From NCBI RefSeq assembly GCF_964355755.1, contig NC_092675.1, positions 6,815,812 to 6,879,811 of the forward strand: a stretch of 64,000 nt of DNA, written 5' to 3'. The notes beneath the pieces were generated by a model. The model ran no database searches, was not told where the DNA came from, and saw only the letters and a list, made by a program, of their open reading frames with translations. This stretch comes from Antedon mediterranea (Eukaryota > Animalia > Echinodermata). The position numbers and the translations under genes were made by a program. Shown one piece after another: positions 52,682-64,000 of this stretch. The stretch's first letter is position 1. Every line of letters begins with the position of its first letter.

Positions 52682-53609
52682 CTAAAAAACTTAGCGTGTA
52701 TTCTTTTAAAAATAATTGAGCATTATGATAAAAGATCTTCTGCTACACGAACACAAATCAGTAACATCATATTCCTATCCGAGTTTCCACCTTCTATACT
52801 GATGAAATGGTTCAGTTATTAAATAATCCCACGCTCTGTTCTAATAATCATAATGCGAGGTTGAATATTATATTGCGTCGTCTTCGTATCATCTGCGCTC
52901 TATGTTGTTGTTATTATTCAAAAGCTCACGCAATAAACATTGGGCATTTTGGTATCATTAGCAATAGCATAAAAACAGCCTATCATATAACAAGGTGTTA
53001 TGGTTCACGTAGTGTATGAATAATGCCCGTCAGATGGTTGGTTATTCATCGATGCTGGTACGTTGTAATAAATGTACTGAAACGTAGACACACAAATTAC
53101 ATAAATTATTCAATCGTTTCGTTTCTGCCAATAGTGTACGCATAATTGATGATTATAACAAAGAAGAAAAAGGTTGGATCTTATTTATTAATGATATAAT
53201 ATAATACTAATATTTCAGTATTGCGTGATTACGATAACACTATTTTAATTGGAATATATTGGTTGTGAATATATCATCTGTTTAATCCACTGCGTTAGTT
53301 AATAAAGCATTTGGAGTGGTTGGTGCTCAGGTTGTCTATCTGTCCGGCCGTCGTTATGATATAGGTAGTAATCTCTGTTGATGATGTCGTTGATCAACTA
53401 ATCAGAGCGGTTATTCCATTCATGTTCGTGTACAATAATACGCATATCCATCAAGGTCATCATGCTTTATTACTAGTAATAATAGATATTGAATATATTT
53501 TATATGCAGTAAGACCTCCTATATGCCCCACCCATTGCTTAACGCCTTGTATTAAAAACTGTATGGTTCGCTATCCGTTTTGTTTGTTTGTTTTATCTGT
53601 ATACTGGGT

Positions 53610-53847
53610 GCTGTACTAATACACCGGGGTAACCCCCTACTCGTCTCGAAAGATGTACTAGGTTCTTTAAAGTGCACACGAGCAAGTTGTGTACACTGGA
53701 CCTACGGTTTATAGTCCTTATCCGAGAAGACTCGTTCTACCACCAGAACCATGGAGTGAGTGAGGCTTGAACCCCTGCCGATGTTATGGCTACGTGATTA
53801 CGGTTCCACTGTCTTAACCGCTCGGCCACTCACTCACTCACTCACTC
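53610..53847 (-). mobile_element. tRNA-derived SINE with Deu/Nin-type central domain
   Basis: Minus strand: GAGTGGCCGAGCGGTTAAG (A box)...GGTTCAAGCC (B box)...GGATAAGGACTATAAACCGTAGGTCC...GCACTTTAAAGAACC...TTCGAGACGAGTAGGGG. Second copy at 60757-61062. Confidence 0.8.
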
Positions 53848-53929
53848 TAAACGCAATCAGAATTCTCTAACTTTTCCAAAGAGGAAGGATTGTGGATTGT
53901 TTGAGTTTGAAGAATATAGCGTAAAGTTA

Positions 53930-54095
53930 GGGCGGGATTTGACATTTGACAAGATTGGACGCAACGAAGTGAGTTGACAAATCACAAGCGACAGTTTGGA
54001 TGATCCGTCAAATTTCTTGCGGTGCCCAGGGAGTTGCGTCAAAGCCGGGGCGGGGTGGGGGAGCGGCTGGTGGAGCGGCATCAGGGTGGTGGAAC
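53930..54095. promoter_or_regulatory. GC-rich promoter-like island (GC box, CCAAT)
   Basis: GGGGCGGGGTGGGG at 54047-54060, GGGCGGGA at ~53930 and ATTGG at ~53954. Lies between the divergent CBARP-like and MAM-CBM14 genes. Confidence 0.4.
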
Positions 54096-55600
54096 AATAA
54101 CTCTGTAAAAGGGCGTCTATTAAATCATAGAGATATTAACTATAATTATCTCGGATGGTTAAATGAATTTAGCATCATCACGCGAGCATTCGATAGGCAG
54201 TAATCGCTAGCTGACTAAACCCAGGGGGCCCGGAGCTTATGGGTCCTCTAAGCATTGCCCAGAGGAAAAAATGAACATTAAAATATGTCGAAAAGGATAA
54301 AAACACCCGAGGCCTCCAGCGTTGGAGATTCATAATCCAGGGGTTGTAGGTATTTATTGTACCTCATCATCATCATTACACTCATCTGTATTATTTTTTT
54401 TATTTACGCTGTCGAACTCATTTGAAAAGGTCGAGTAACAGCTGCATCCTTTTTTTTTTGCTCATATATTTATAACATTAGTTCCGTTTTAAATATTTGT
54501 ATTCGCTAACCGAGTAGTGCCTCCTATCCTTGCTAAATATTGCAATGGATAACTAACGTGAGCTTCAAATTAAAAGGTTCAAATTTCGACATTTGTAGGC
54601 CATACCCCAAAATATATACAGATGACTGAACTTGTGGGTGTTAATTTAATCTTCTCTTTTTCTTCCTCTGAAATAAACCGGTTAAATAACTAAATTCGGT
54701 TAGTCAGTGACCTGCTGTTGACATTTAGTAAAGTATAATGGATGTCAAAGGTGAGGAGGAGATTTTGGCAGGAACGTAATTTTTCTTTGAACGTTTTATA
54801 TTGTGCTTGGTAAATGAATGTAGGCCTACGCTTTAAAACATAATTGCAACTGGAAGATCCACTGGGTAATGTTGACATAATATATGCATAATGAACAGGT
54901 ACTCATAGATACATTAAGAAGCATTTGATTTGCGATGATCGATGACCTAAGAAAATGTTCATGTCAACGCGCATGCGGGGAAGTTGTGATGTAACTTCTC
55001 ACTCCATTGTCTTGAGAGGCCTTATAGGCCTATACAGTTGTGTTGGGTCCAGGCGACGGTTGTCGCAATCGAATGCTTCCTATTGATAATTGATAAACCT
55101 TCCGTATTATTTTGTTTGTTCTTTTGTCAATTCTTATAGTTCAACTTGATAGGCCTACTATCTACTGCCAATGTTGACAAAATTAAGGCTCCAACCAACT
55201 ATCCTAAATCGTATGACGTCATTGATGTTGAGAAGAACATCTGTGTCCATTATCTCCTAATGTTTCCCCATATTCAGCGACAAGATAAACTAAATTGATT
55301 GTTTTCAATATTAATCCATTTGTTAATTAATACATTAGATTGTATATGCAATAATGTTTTTATCTTTTGTTTTTTTTTATCTACAAACTATCAATTTAGT
55401 GCAGTATTTGCGTGCACGAAATAGATACAAAGATATGAAGAATAATATATGGCGCCTATTATCAAAAATAATTCGAGTATATTTGTGTATTTTGCTATCT
55501 TATCCTGTTATGTTCAAGATAAGCTACGCGTACTATATATTGATTCCAGTTTTTCTTGGTTAATAATCGTAATTTAGTTTTCGCAAGTAGTTCATTTGAA

Positions 55601-58600
55601 ATGGCTAAAAAAGTGTTATTATTCGTTGTTTTGGTCATCGCCTGCGATAATATAAATTGTAAGGATTACCCTAAAAAGGTAGGATCATGTTTATCGTGTT
55701 TGATGAGAAAAATCACAGTAGTTGGTAGTTTAATAGCTGAAAACCTTCGTAAAAATGTTAGCTATAAACGTATCTTGACTTTTAGTATAACAGTAGTGAA
55801 AAACTGATGTATTTTTATAACACCGACAATCACGTTTGTTTGTGCTTTGCAGAAGAATAAAAATGCAGTGGGTTTGAGTACGTCCAGTCATACAGCATCA
55901 GGTATGACAATTGAGTACAAGTACAAATCAAGTAACAAAATGAAATCAGTGAATATATTGTTTTTTTTTAAAGTAATACGGTTGTTATACAAGTTAATTT
56001 TAGAGATTCTTCGAGCAAATCTTTTATAAGCTCTAAAACAAATTCCTTAAAATTGATTAATATACAGCTCCTAGTGGTCTTCATAAGCCTTTGCGGGCTG
56101 CGATACAAATGTGTGCATAGGATAATTGAAAAACTAACATAATTATAATATTACAGAATCAGAATTAATGAAACAAAATCGAGACGCCGATAAGTGCTTC
56201 TCTATAAGTAAATAACACAATTGCTTAATTTTTGCTTTAATTTGAGAAAAAGTGATATTTCCCTTTGAAAATAGATTTGTACAGTATTGACTGTGGATTT
56301 GAACAAGATGAATGTAGTTTTTCTCACGATATTTCGACGGCAGAAATGGGACCTGTGACTACATATTATTGGCGTAGAATTTGTGAAAACAGTAAGTATA
56401 TTTACACACTTTTGAAATGTATTCTAAACAACTAATAGAAAAAAAAAAGTACCGATTATTTTTGTCTATCAAAACATCCCCGGTTTGGCAAGTGTATACT
56501 ATTATAAAGTCTGTATAAGGCAAATACTTTGAATTGATAAATTGATATCAATAATACAAAATATACGTCACATCGTCACATTACATTATCGAGACAATTT
56601 GAAAAACTAGATTATAAAGTTTAAATTAATTCAAATTGTGTATAAGTACAGACAGAAAAGAACAAATAGACAAACCATTGTTTGCAATATCTCTATATTC
56701 TTGGTTTTTGGTGTTTCTTCTTCTTCGTTTTAATCTTTATTGCAGCTCAAACGAAGCTAGTGGTTAGAGGTAATCAGCAGCCCCTATAATATAATTATAT
56801 TATGAGCCTACACTGAACCTCCTCCAGAAAATTGATAGTTCTCTTCTTTACGTGTCTGTAAGACTAAGAGAATTTATATCGTAGTTGCACGACACGGCTT
56901 AAGGTATGCCGTGAGTCGTTATGCAAATAAGATTATGCAGGTGTAGTGGGACTGGTTGTTTGTCAGTCATTCGCGGTCAACACGCTACACTGCTAAGTTC
57001 TCTACTAAACTCGCATTAACATCCCCTTTAGGCCTATAAGTTTGTGTCTCTTTGATTCAGAACATGGCTTAATTATTAGGCCTAGTAGTTTATTCATGCG
57101 CGTCTACAACCGCATTGGCATAAAAAGGATAGCCGCTGTCCTTAATTACATGGACAAGAGAGTCATGGTCGAGGAAAGGCGGCCTTCATTCTGTCATGCG
57201 TACGATTTTTTGGAACTCTTAACTTTAACACAACCTAACCTTTTCATGTTTGAAATGTGCACGCGTACAGCAAACAAACTCGTAAGAAAGATTAAGTCTA
57301 TGTTATTAAACTTAAATGATGTAAATTGCATTTTCTAATTGTCTAGCTGCTCCAGGTTGTTCCATGCGAATGGATGCAGATGATTCTGAAAAGAGCTCGA
57401 TTCAGTCAATTCTCTTGTCTCCGTGGTTTAGTACAGATTCCGGCGTGGTTAGCATGTGGTACCGAATTCCATCAAAGAACGCAACAACAAAGTCTAAACT
57501 GTCAATGTACACACGCATTGATGGTGGTGAGAGAAAGTTGATATATTTAACGAGCAGTGAAATGGAAAGACCATGGGTGCCAATGAGCGATGAAGATTTT
57601 GAAAGACCATGGGTACCAATGAGCGTAGACGTGGATATGGGTCAATCATTGACGTTCAGGGTAATTTTTACAACAGTTTTCACTCCAATTTGCATTTAAA
57701 GATGTATTGTCCCTCTGAAAAAAATAATTATTTAAACATTTTCTTTTGAATATGCCATTTTATTGTCACGTAATAGTTATCCACTTTTACCAAAAAAATG
57801 ATTTAGGCCTACATGAAAAAACTGTAATTTAAAGCAAAAAATAATCAAATTGGCTGCCAGCCAATGGATTTTTTGTTGAATTTAACCATTTATATTGTAA
57901 TTTTATAAGTGAAAACATTATTTGTTAGGGGTTTTTTTCTACGGAAGTGATTAACTTTATTAAAACTACAAAATACACTATTCAAAGTCTGATTCAATGA
58001 ATCTTCATTTTTCGTGTTTTTGGGGGACAATACATCTTTAATATAACCACCAACACCACCATCATGTCTGTTTGATGGGATATGTTGTTTCTCTTCTTTC
58101 AACATGTTTCAACCGGCGTTGAGTTTTGCCCGTTTGTGATTCCAGCTCATGTATAGTAATGGCACGCTCGTGTATGCCAAAACTAGACTAGTGTTTATAT
58201 ACAGTACTGTACTTAAAACAATTAGTTACATCAATACAGAGGGCGTCAATTCTTTCCGTTACGGTTTGTTACCTAAAGCTTGGTTCCCACTGGAACGTAA
58301 CGCAAGGACGTAAACGCAACTCAAGCGTTTTAACCAATGACAAGCGAAGTTATAGACAGTTAGCAATCAAAAGCGAATAAGCCATCGCTTTTGATTGGTC
58401 AATTCACTTGCGTTGCGTTACGTCCTTGCGTTGCGTCGCTAGTGGGAACCACGCTTAAATTAGTAAATACATTAATATGCCGTCTTTATGATATTAATTT
58501 GTTTGTCATAAAAATGTAAAAGAATCAATTTAAATAGAAGGTTTGCGTGAGATGTTGATATACATTGAACCAGTGCTATGATCATATCATCTTTATTGAT

Positions 58601-61600
58601 ATTAATAATAGTTAATGCCATAGAGCGGTTCTTTTTATCTTTAAGATTGGAATTTGTTATATTAAATTACAGAATATGTCTACTTCCCATGAAACCATTG
58701 CAGTTTTTTTCTGCTGGAGTATCTATATATAAATTATGGTTAATTCTGACATAGGCGAGCACAATGCAAAAACTTCGGTACAAATCTCCGCCTTGGATAC
58801 CTACCTTATCTATCTGAGATGTACCGCGAAACGTAGATTTGATAACATTAGTGTTCACAGCGACACTATTGTTCCATATTTCTATCTTAGGAAGATATTA
58901 TAAAGAGTTTTTTAACACAATTTATGATTTCAACATTAGATTTTCATCTCAATTTCCATTCTTCCCGGTCAAAGTAATTTCCGGGTTTAAGATAAGTTCA
59001 CCTTGCAACAACCTGGTTTCAAATATTTTCTCTCTTTTATACACAAGGGAGCAGTTAGAATAATAAATTTGACCCTAAAGGTGACTGGAAACAGGCACTT
59101 TCCATCAATCAATACAGTGTCCCTTTGGAAGACGAAAAAAAAATCAGATATAGTAGGACTGGAGCTTAAGTTGGCCATTAATCATAGCCATTTCAGTTTT
59201 TTGTTTATCTTAAAACATACCGCGCGTGTGTGAAGGTACAGTAGTTAAATAATAGGAATTATACTGCAAATTAATAAAGATCAAATTAAATATACGCCAT
59301 AAAGAATCAGAATATATTGTGGGGAATAGTATTATAACATTACATAGGGAGATTTGATGATAAGACATTTTTCGAGTGAAATCCCGATAGCTGAGTTTTA
59401 TTGAGTAAGCTTGCAGGAATAACTGTAGGCTATCTTCCTGTGTCCCGTTAGGACCGAGATGTCTGTCCATGTTGCAAGCCGTACCATAATGTCTTCTTTC
59501 TTGGGCCCACTCTGTCACGGCAGTTAGTTTCAAAAGATGATTAAATTAAATAATGTATTAATAATTATTAGGATGGTATTCATTTGAATAAACGCCTCTC
59601 CAATAAAACATACCTTTGAATAATAAACCCCCCCCCCCCCCCCCACCCCAACCCAACCCAACCCAACCCAACTATCTAATAAACGTCCATCCACATATTT
59701 ATAACAACACAATTATACGGTACTATTTGTAGTAGAATTCACCGCACTGTTATCTACAATTTACCAAGCATTTGTTATTCTTTTTTAGCACTTTTCATAT
59801 CTATTAGAGGATTTCATTTGATTATAAATGTTACCATATTATTAAAACTACAAAATTTAACATATATCCCTCGAATAAGCACCTCCCTCAAATGACCTCC
59901 GCCTCCCCAAAGGGCCCTACCAAACAATAAAAACTGTACTTTAAAATGTTATTAATCATCTAAAACACTGTGAAACAAAGTAGTTTAGTTTTACGAATGT
60001 CAAGTATTTTCAATAATGGTAACCGACAGAAAACGTATAAGGAGAACATTATCATTCCGAAAACCATCGTCTACACTTCCTAGAGGGGGAGCGAGCGAAG
60101 CGAGCTCACCCTCTAGTAAAATTAAATTTCTCTTAACATTCTGATTAGGCCTACTGTTGATATTTATATTTAATGCTAATTCTATTCTGTTTTTAAATGA
60201 TTCTGTAAACATTGTGTTCATAAAAAAGAAGATTATTTCGTATTATAACCAACTGGCGAGTGCATATCCATATTCTGAAATTTTCCTTTCTTGAATCATT
60301 TTCCTGAAGTACCGTAGAGTTGTAGCTTGGTGGTTAACATGCTTATCACAAGGTTCATGGTTCAATCCTGGTGCCAGTGTTGTAAATCACGAGCATTTCT
60401 ACTCCAATCCTTAAGCCTCAAATGATACTTTTTGACTTTAGATTAGTAGGTCATAATGATTTGATTAAATAACTTGAAACGTTACTACTGTAACTTAAGT
60501 GCAGATTAAATATAGATATGTTGCAATAGAACCCGTATTAATATTATTTCATTTAATTTCCTCTCCTCTTTATCTTTCTGTTTATCAATTCTATCAGTTC
60601 AGCAAATTAGTTTCATAAAAATATTCGTTCCATATTAATAACTAAAAAAAAAAATCCAAAAATCTTTTTAATATCCAATGCCTAAAACAGAAAATATAAG
60701 TTTTGGCCCAAATGTATTGTTTTTGTTGTTGTAACATACACATGGCAACTTAATTGCGAGTGAGTGAGTGGCAGAGCGGTTAAGTGTAATACCTAGCCAT
60801 AACATCGGCAAGGGTTCGAGGGTCACTCGCTCCATCGTTCTGGTGGTAGGACGAGTCCTCTCTATTGTAAACCCGTAGGTCCAGTTTACACATCTAGCTC
60901 ATGTGCACTTTAAAGAACCTAGTAGGCCCACATCTTTTTCGAGACGAGTAGGAGGTTGCCCCGCCGTACTAGTACACACAGTCAGTCACTGATCATAACT
61001 GAGCCCTATGGGAGAGCAGCCATTGGAGCTACCCAGTACTAAGAAAATAATAATAATAAAAATAATTGTTTTTTGAGTAAGTAATCATTATTATAATATT
61101 TCTTGTTTCAGTTTGAAATCGTTGGATATATGGAAGACAGTACGGAAGATATTTACATTGATGATTTTGAATTCACCCCAACTTGTACGTATTTATTTTA
61201 TTTTAATTTCAACTATATTAGACATGTAAACGACTTCATAACTCGTATCATTACCATTAGTGTATTGACTGAAGAGTTTGGGAAAATAAAGGGATGTGAA
61301 ATTGACGTTACCTATTCAAATAAATAAACAATTAGACGTGATTCCATGGGTCTTGCAAAAACAGAAATCCAAAACTTCAGTGCAAAATCTTTAGCATTTA
61401 TGGCATATACTATAGTTGTATAGTCAGTCGATTCTCTGTATTGTGTCTATTTCCGAAGTATCATAGGAATATTTCGAAATACATCATCACGTGTTTCACG
61501 TGAATCTAGTAGTAGCCAACCCTTAACCTAACTTTATATGATACAGGCACCACATGTGATATAAATGAGATGCTGTATTACCAAATATTCCTATGATAGG

Positions 61601-61932
61601 CCTACTTCGGAAATAGATAGTATGTTGAGATACATTGTGTTGTGTGAACGATGAATAAATACTGTAAGTAAATTGAAAAGTAATTTTGATTACTTTTCAA
61701 AATTTGAAAATATGGATGATAATAATAAATGTATGATATTTATTTTATTTTAGCTGGTGCATTTTCATGTAATGATCAGTCGAATGTGTTCTACGCTGAT
61801 CCGAATGACTGTGGAAAATACTTTCACTGCGACGGCTACAGGACATGGCATCGTTCTTGTGGGCCTGATACAGTCTTTAATCCAGTCATTTCATCATGCG
61901 ATTGGCCATATAATGTTCCAGGTTGTGATTAA
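55601..61932 (+). CDS. Secreted protein with a MAM domain and a C-terminal chitin-binding peritrophin-A (CBM14) domain (~286 aa)
   Basis: Exons 55601-55678, 55853-55901, 56157-56207, 56275-56391, 57347-57660, 61112-61184, 61754-61932, with consistent phases. Signal peptide [15 protein letters not shown]; MAM motifs [16 protein letters not shown]...SMWY, FRFEIVG...IYIDDFEF; CBM14 C-x13-C-x5-C-x9-C-x12-C-x8-C with [13 protein letters not shown]...VFNP...CDWP. Confidence 0.85.
57700..58037. mobile_element. Kolobok-like MITE, short subfamily, reverse orientation
   Basis: TTAA|AGATGTATTGTCCCTCTGAAA...TGGGGGACAATACATCT|TTAA. Confidence 0.85.
58277..58455. mobile_element. Foldback Harbinger-like MITE (179 bp), TAA TSD
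   Basis: TAA|AGCTTGGTTCCCACT...AGTGGGAACCACGCT|TAA; near-identical to 31801-31979. Diverged relatives at ~49370-49590, ~51790-51935 and ~61955-62107. Confidence 0.85.
60757..61062 (+). mobile_element. tRNA-derived Deu/Nin-type SINE (second copy) with (AAT)n tail
   Basis: gagtgagtgagtggcagagcggttaag...gggttcgag...ccgtaggtccag...gcactttaaagaacc...ttcgagacgagtagg...aataataat. Confidence 0.8.
61447..61616. mobile_element. Small MITE-like inverted repeat
   Basis: Arms CTATTTCCGAAGTATCATAGGAATATTT (61447-61474) and AAATATTCCTATGATA[GGCCTA]CTTCGGAAATAG (61583-61616). Confidence 0.7.
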
Positions 61933-62199
61933 TTCATACGTTGGGGTCTTATTAAAACGCAGTTCCTACTTGGACATAACGCAACGACGTAGACGCAACG
62001 CAAATAAGTTGACCAATCACATAGTTCGGATGATCCACCGGGTCGTGATTGGTCAAATTACTTTTGGATTGTTTATATCCTTATGTTGCGTTCGAGTGGG
62101 AAAGCTTAAGCATGAAGTACAGATTCAATAAAATGTTCACATATACCCTGTTACATCGACTAGTTTATTATTATTATTTGTTGGCATCGGTGTTTGTAA

Positions 62200-62358
62200 A
62201 GCTCTGTCTACACTAAACGTTATGTGACAAAACAATGGGAGGTGCCCATTATATGGACATTATGATGTCACATCACTACCATATTTGAACATATTACTAC
62301 CATATCTGGTCACATCACACTTTTTTAGTCAAACTAGTTTGATAGTGTAGACAGAGCT
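62200..62358. mobile_element. Harbinger-like MITE, TAA TSD
   Basis: TAA|AGCTCTGTCTACACT...AGTGTAGACAGAGCT|TAA, perfect 15-bp TIRs. Confidence 0.85.
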
Positions 62359-63310
62359 TAAGGTTGTTATTATAATGACTGACTTTATTATCAATCTTTA
62401 TTTAAAAATTTAAGAACGAAGGAAGAAAGTATTACTTTCAGGACACTTTTATTGTTAATCATTACGAAGACTATGAATTGTATAACTGTAACGAAGATAG
62501 TCAGTCTGTGTCATTTTATGGTACCACCGAAACACGTATGATGATATTGGGATCAAGAGAACAGGCCTACGGTGGGTGGATGAAAGTAATGACGATATGC
62601 TAATGTGTTAAGAACAGAGTTAGTTCACTTTATAGAGAATGGATGATCTCTGCTTATCCGTGGCGAATTTTATAGGATCTCCTTCAATTTTACTATTAAT
62701 AGTAATCGATCATCAACATTTCCTGTTTAAACCTACAAATGCGAACTTTCTGGATCCACCGCGGTTTGTGAAAAGAATCGTCATTATTTCGTGTAGATAA
62801 CGACGACGAGGATAACTTTTACAATTGATTCTTTTAGCATTATGCAATTTATCACTTGTTAGTCCTAATCAATGGTTTGATATTTATCTTCATAATGTCA
62901 TTACAGATGCAGGTCTATACATAGCAACAAACAACTTTGACATTCAAAGTGTCATGGCGTCGTTGGTTTCCATAGTGATTAACAAAAAAATAATAATCAC
63001 CGTGCTTATGTTGAAGATCGGTGACATTTACTTTCCCAGCTGCCTTATCACATTCATAAATGATTTATAGGGATGAGGGTGACGTTAATATGGTTAAAAA
63101 AAAAAAAACATTTCCGTCATGGCCTAACAGGGTGCTAAGAGCCAATTTATAATGTTAGAAGATATGTACAAGTTTATTAATTTATGTAAATTTAATGCAT
63201 TTTTTAAAAGAATAAGGTATAAACCAAAAGAACAATCAATTATACAAGCGTGAATGAAAAGAAATACTGGGTGGGAGATCGTCTAGAATAGCGGCGGGTG
63301 CTGTATATAC

Positions 63311-63655
63311 CGGAGTGTGATGGTGTAATGGTAATATCGGACTAGCATGTGATAGGCATGGGTTCGAGGTTATCTGTACCATAATAATTGCATCCTTGGG
63401 CAAGATGCTTTACTCCCATTGCCTCGTCCTTTGGATGGGATGTAAAGTCGTTGGTCCCGTGTACTTAACAGTGCACGTTAAAGAAATTGGTACACTATTC
63501 GAAAAGAGTAGAGGATCGTCTCCCGGTGTGCTGATCTGATAGGCGCTGCACTGCTGGCTACCGTGGGTCCATGGAGGGCCTAATTCGAATTTCCTCAGTT
63601 TCCAGTTAAACTTGAGGACCAGAATAATTTAACATTTAACATTTTAACATTTTTT
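63311..63655 (+). mobile_element. tRNA-derived SINE with a CORE-like segment plus Deu/Nin-type domain and (ACATTT(T)A)n tail
   Basis: TGGTGTAATGG (A box)...GGTTCGAGG (B box)...TCCTTGGGCAAGATGCTTTAC...TTGCCTC...GGATGGGATGTAAAGTCGTTGGTCCC...GCACGTTAAAGAA...TTCGAAAAGAGTAG...tail. Confidence 0.7.
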
Positions 63656-64000
63656 TAGTTCGCAGCACCTGTATTTAAAGTGAGAATTATTTCGCGACGC
63701 TCCTTCTGTTTGATAGCTGACAAAACATATGTCAGATTGTTAACAATTTTGTTGCAAGTAAAGTTCATATTTTAGAAATGACCTTTATACCCGGAGCTAC
63801 TCTTTAAGATCGAGAATTACAATAAAAAAAACATTATAATATTACATGTTGTATAAGTTATGATTTGAGTCTACTGATAACATACAATTGGGGCGTCATT
63901 TTCCTGCCAAACAAGCGCATTTATCAGTGTATAAAACAATTTTGTTCTATGTGATACGTTATATTCAGATTGCACCACATTATTTGTTCTTAAAAAACAT

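Noticed and set aside
53857-54081. ORF MPLHQPLPHPAP... as the CBARP first coding exon
   Set aside because: It could splice in phase to 52681, but the ATG lies within GC boxes, the donor is weak and there is no TM or homology, so it is not supportable.
60315-60375. tRNA gene (A/B-box-like GTAGCTTGGTGG...GGTTCAATCC)
   Set aside because: No complete cloverleaf; most likely a decayed SINE head.
1-64000. A coherent immune gene cluster or novel multi-gene system
   Set aside because: IL-17, the LDLa receptor and MAM-CBM14 are interspersed with housekeeping genes. Adjacency in an animal genome alone does not show a functional system.

Overview
AT-rich, intron-containing animal genomic DNA, most consistent with a marine invertebrate (an echinoderm is plausible but cannot be proven from this window). 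There are no prokaryotic operons or CRISPR arrays. Seven spliced protein-coding genes were reconstructed by hand from GT-AG sites with consistent exon phases: (1) the 3' end of a pancreatic-lipase-like/PLAT gene (+); (2) a type-I membrane protein with five LDL-receptor class A repeats (-); (3) an interleukin-17 family cytokine (+); (4) POLE4 (-); (5) thioredoxin (+), divergent from POLE4; (6) a CBARP/BARP-like gene with a 2.9-kb last exon (-, 5' end uncertain); (7) a secreted MAM + chitin-binding CBM14 protein (+). Introns and intergenic DNA are packed with non-autonomous elements: TTAA-flanked Kolobok-like MITEs (one nested in another), TAA-flanked Harbinger-like MITEs, two CAGGG-ended elements with 6-bp target duplications, tRNA- and 5S-derived SINEs, an L2 fragment and minisatellites. 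The most unusual signal is the palindrome TAGGCCTA, seen about 40 times. Comparisons between repeat copies and arms show it arising as a GGCCTA insertion at TA dinucleotides, a probable transposon excision footprint. It occurs alongside classical Tc1-type TACAGTA footprints.
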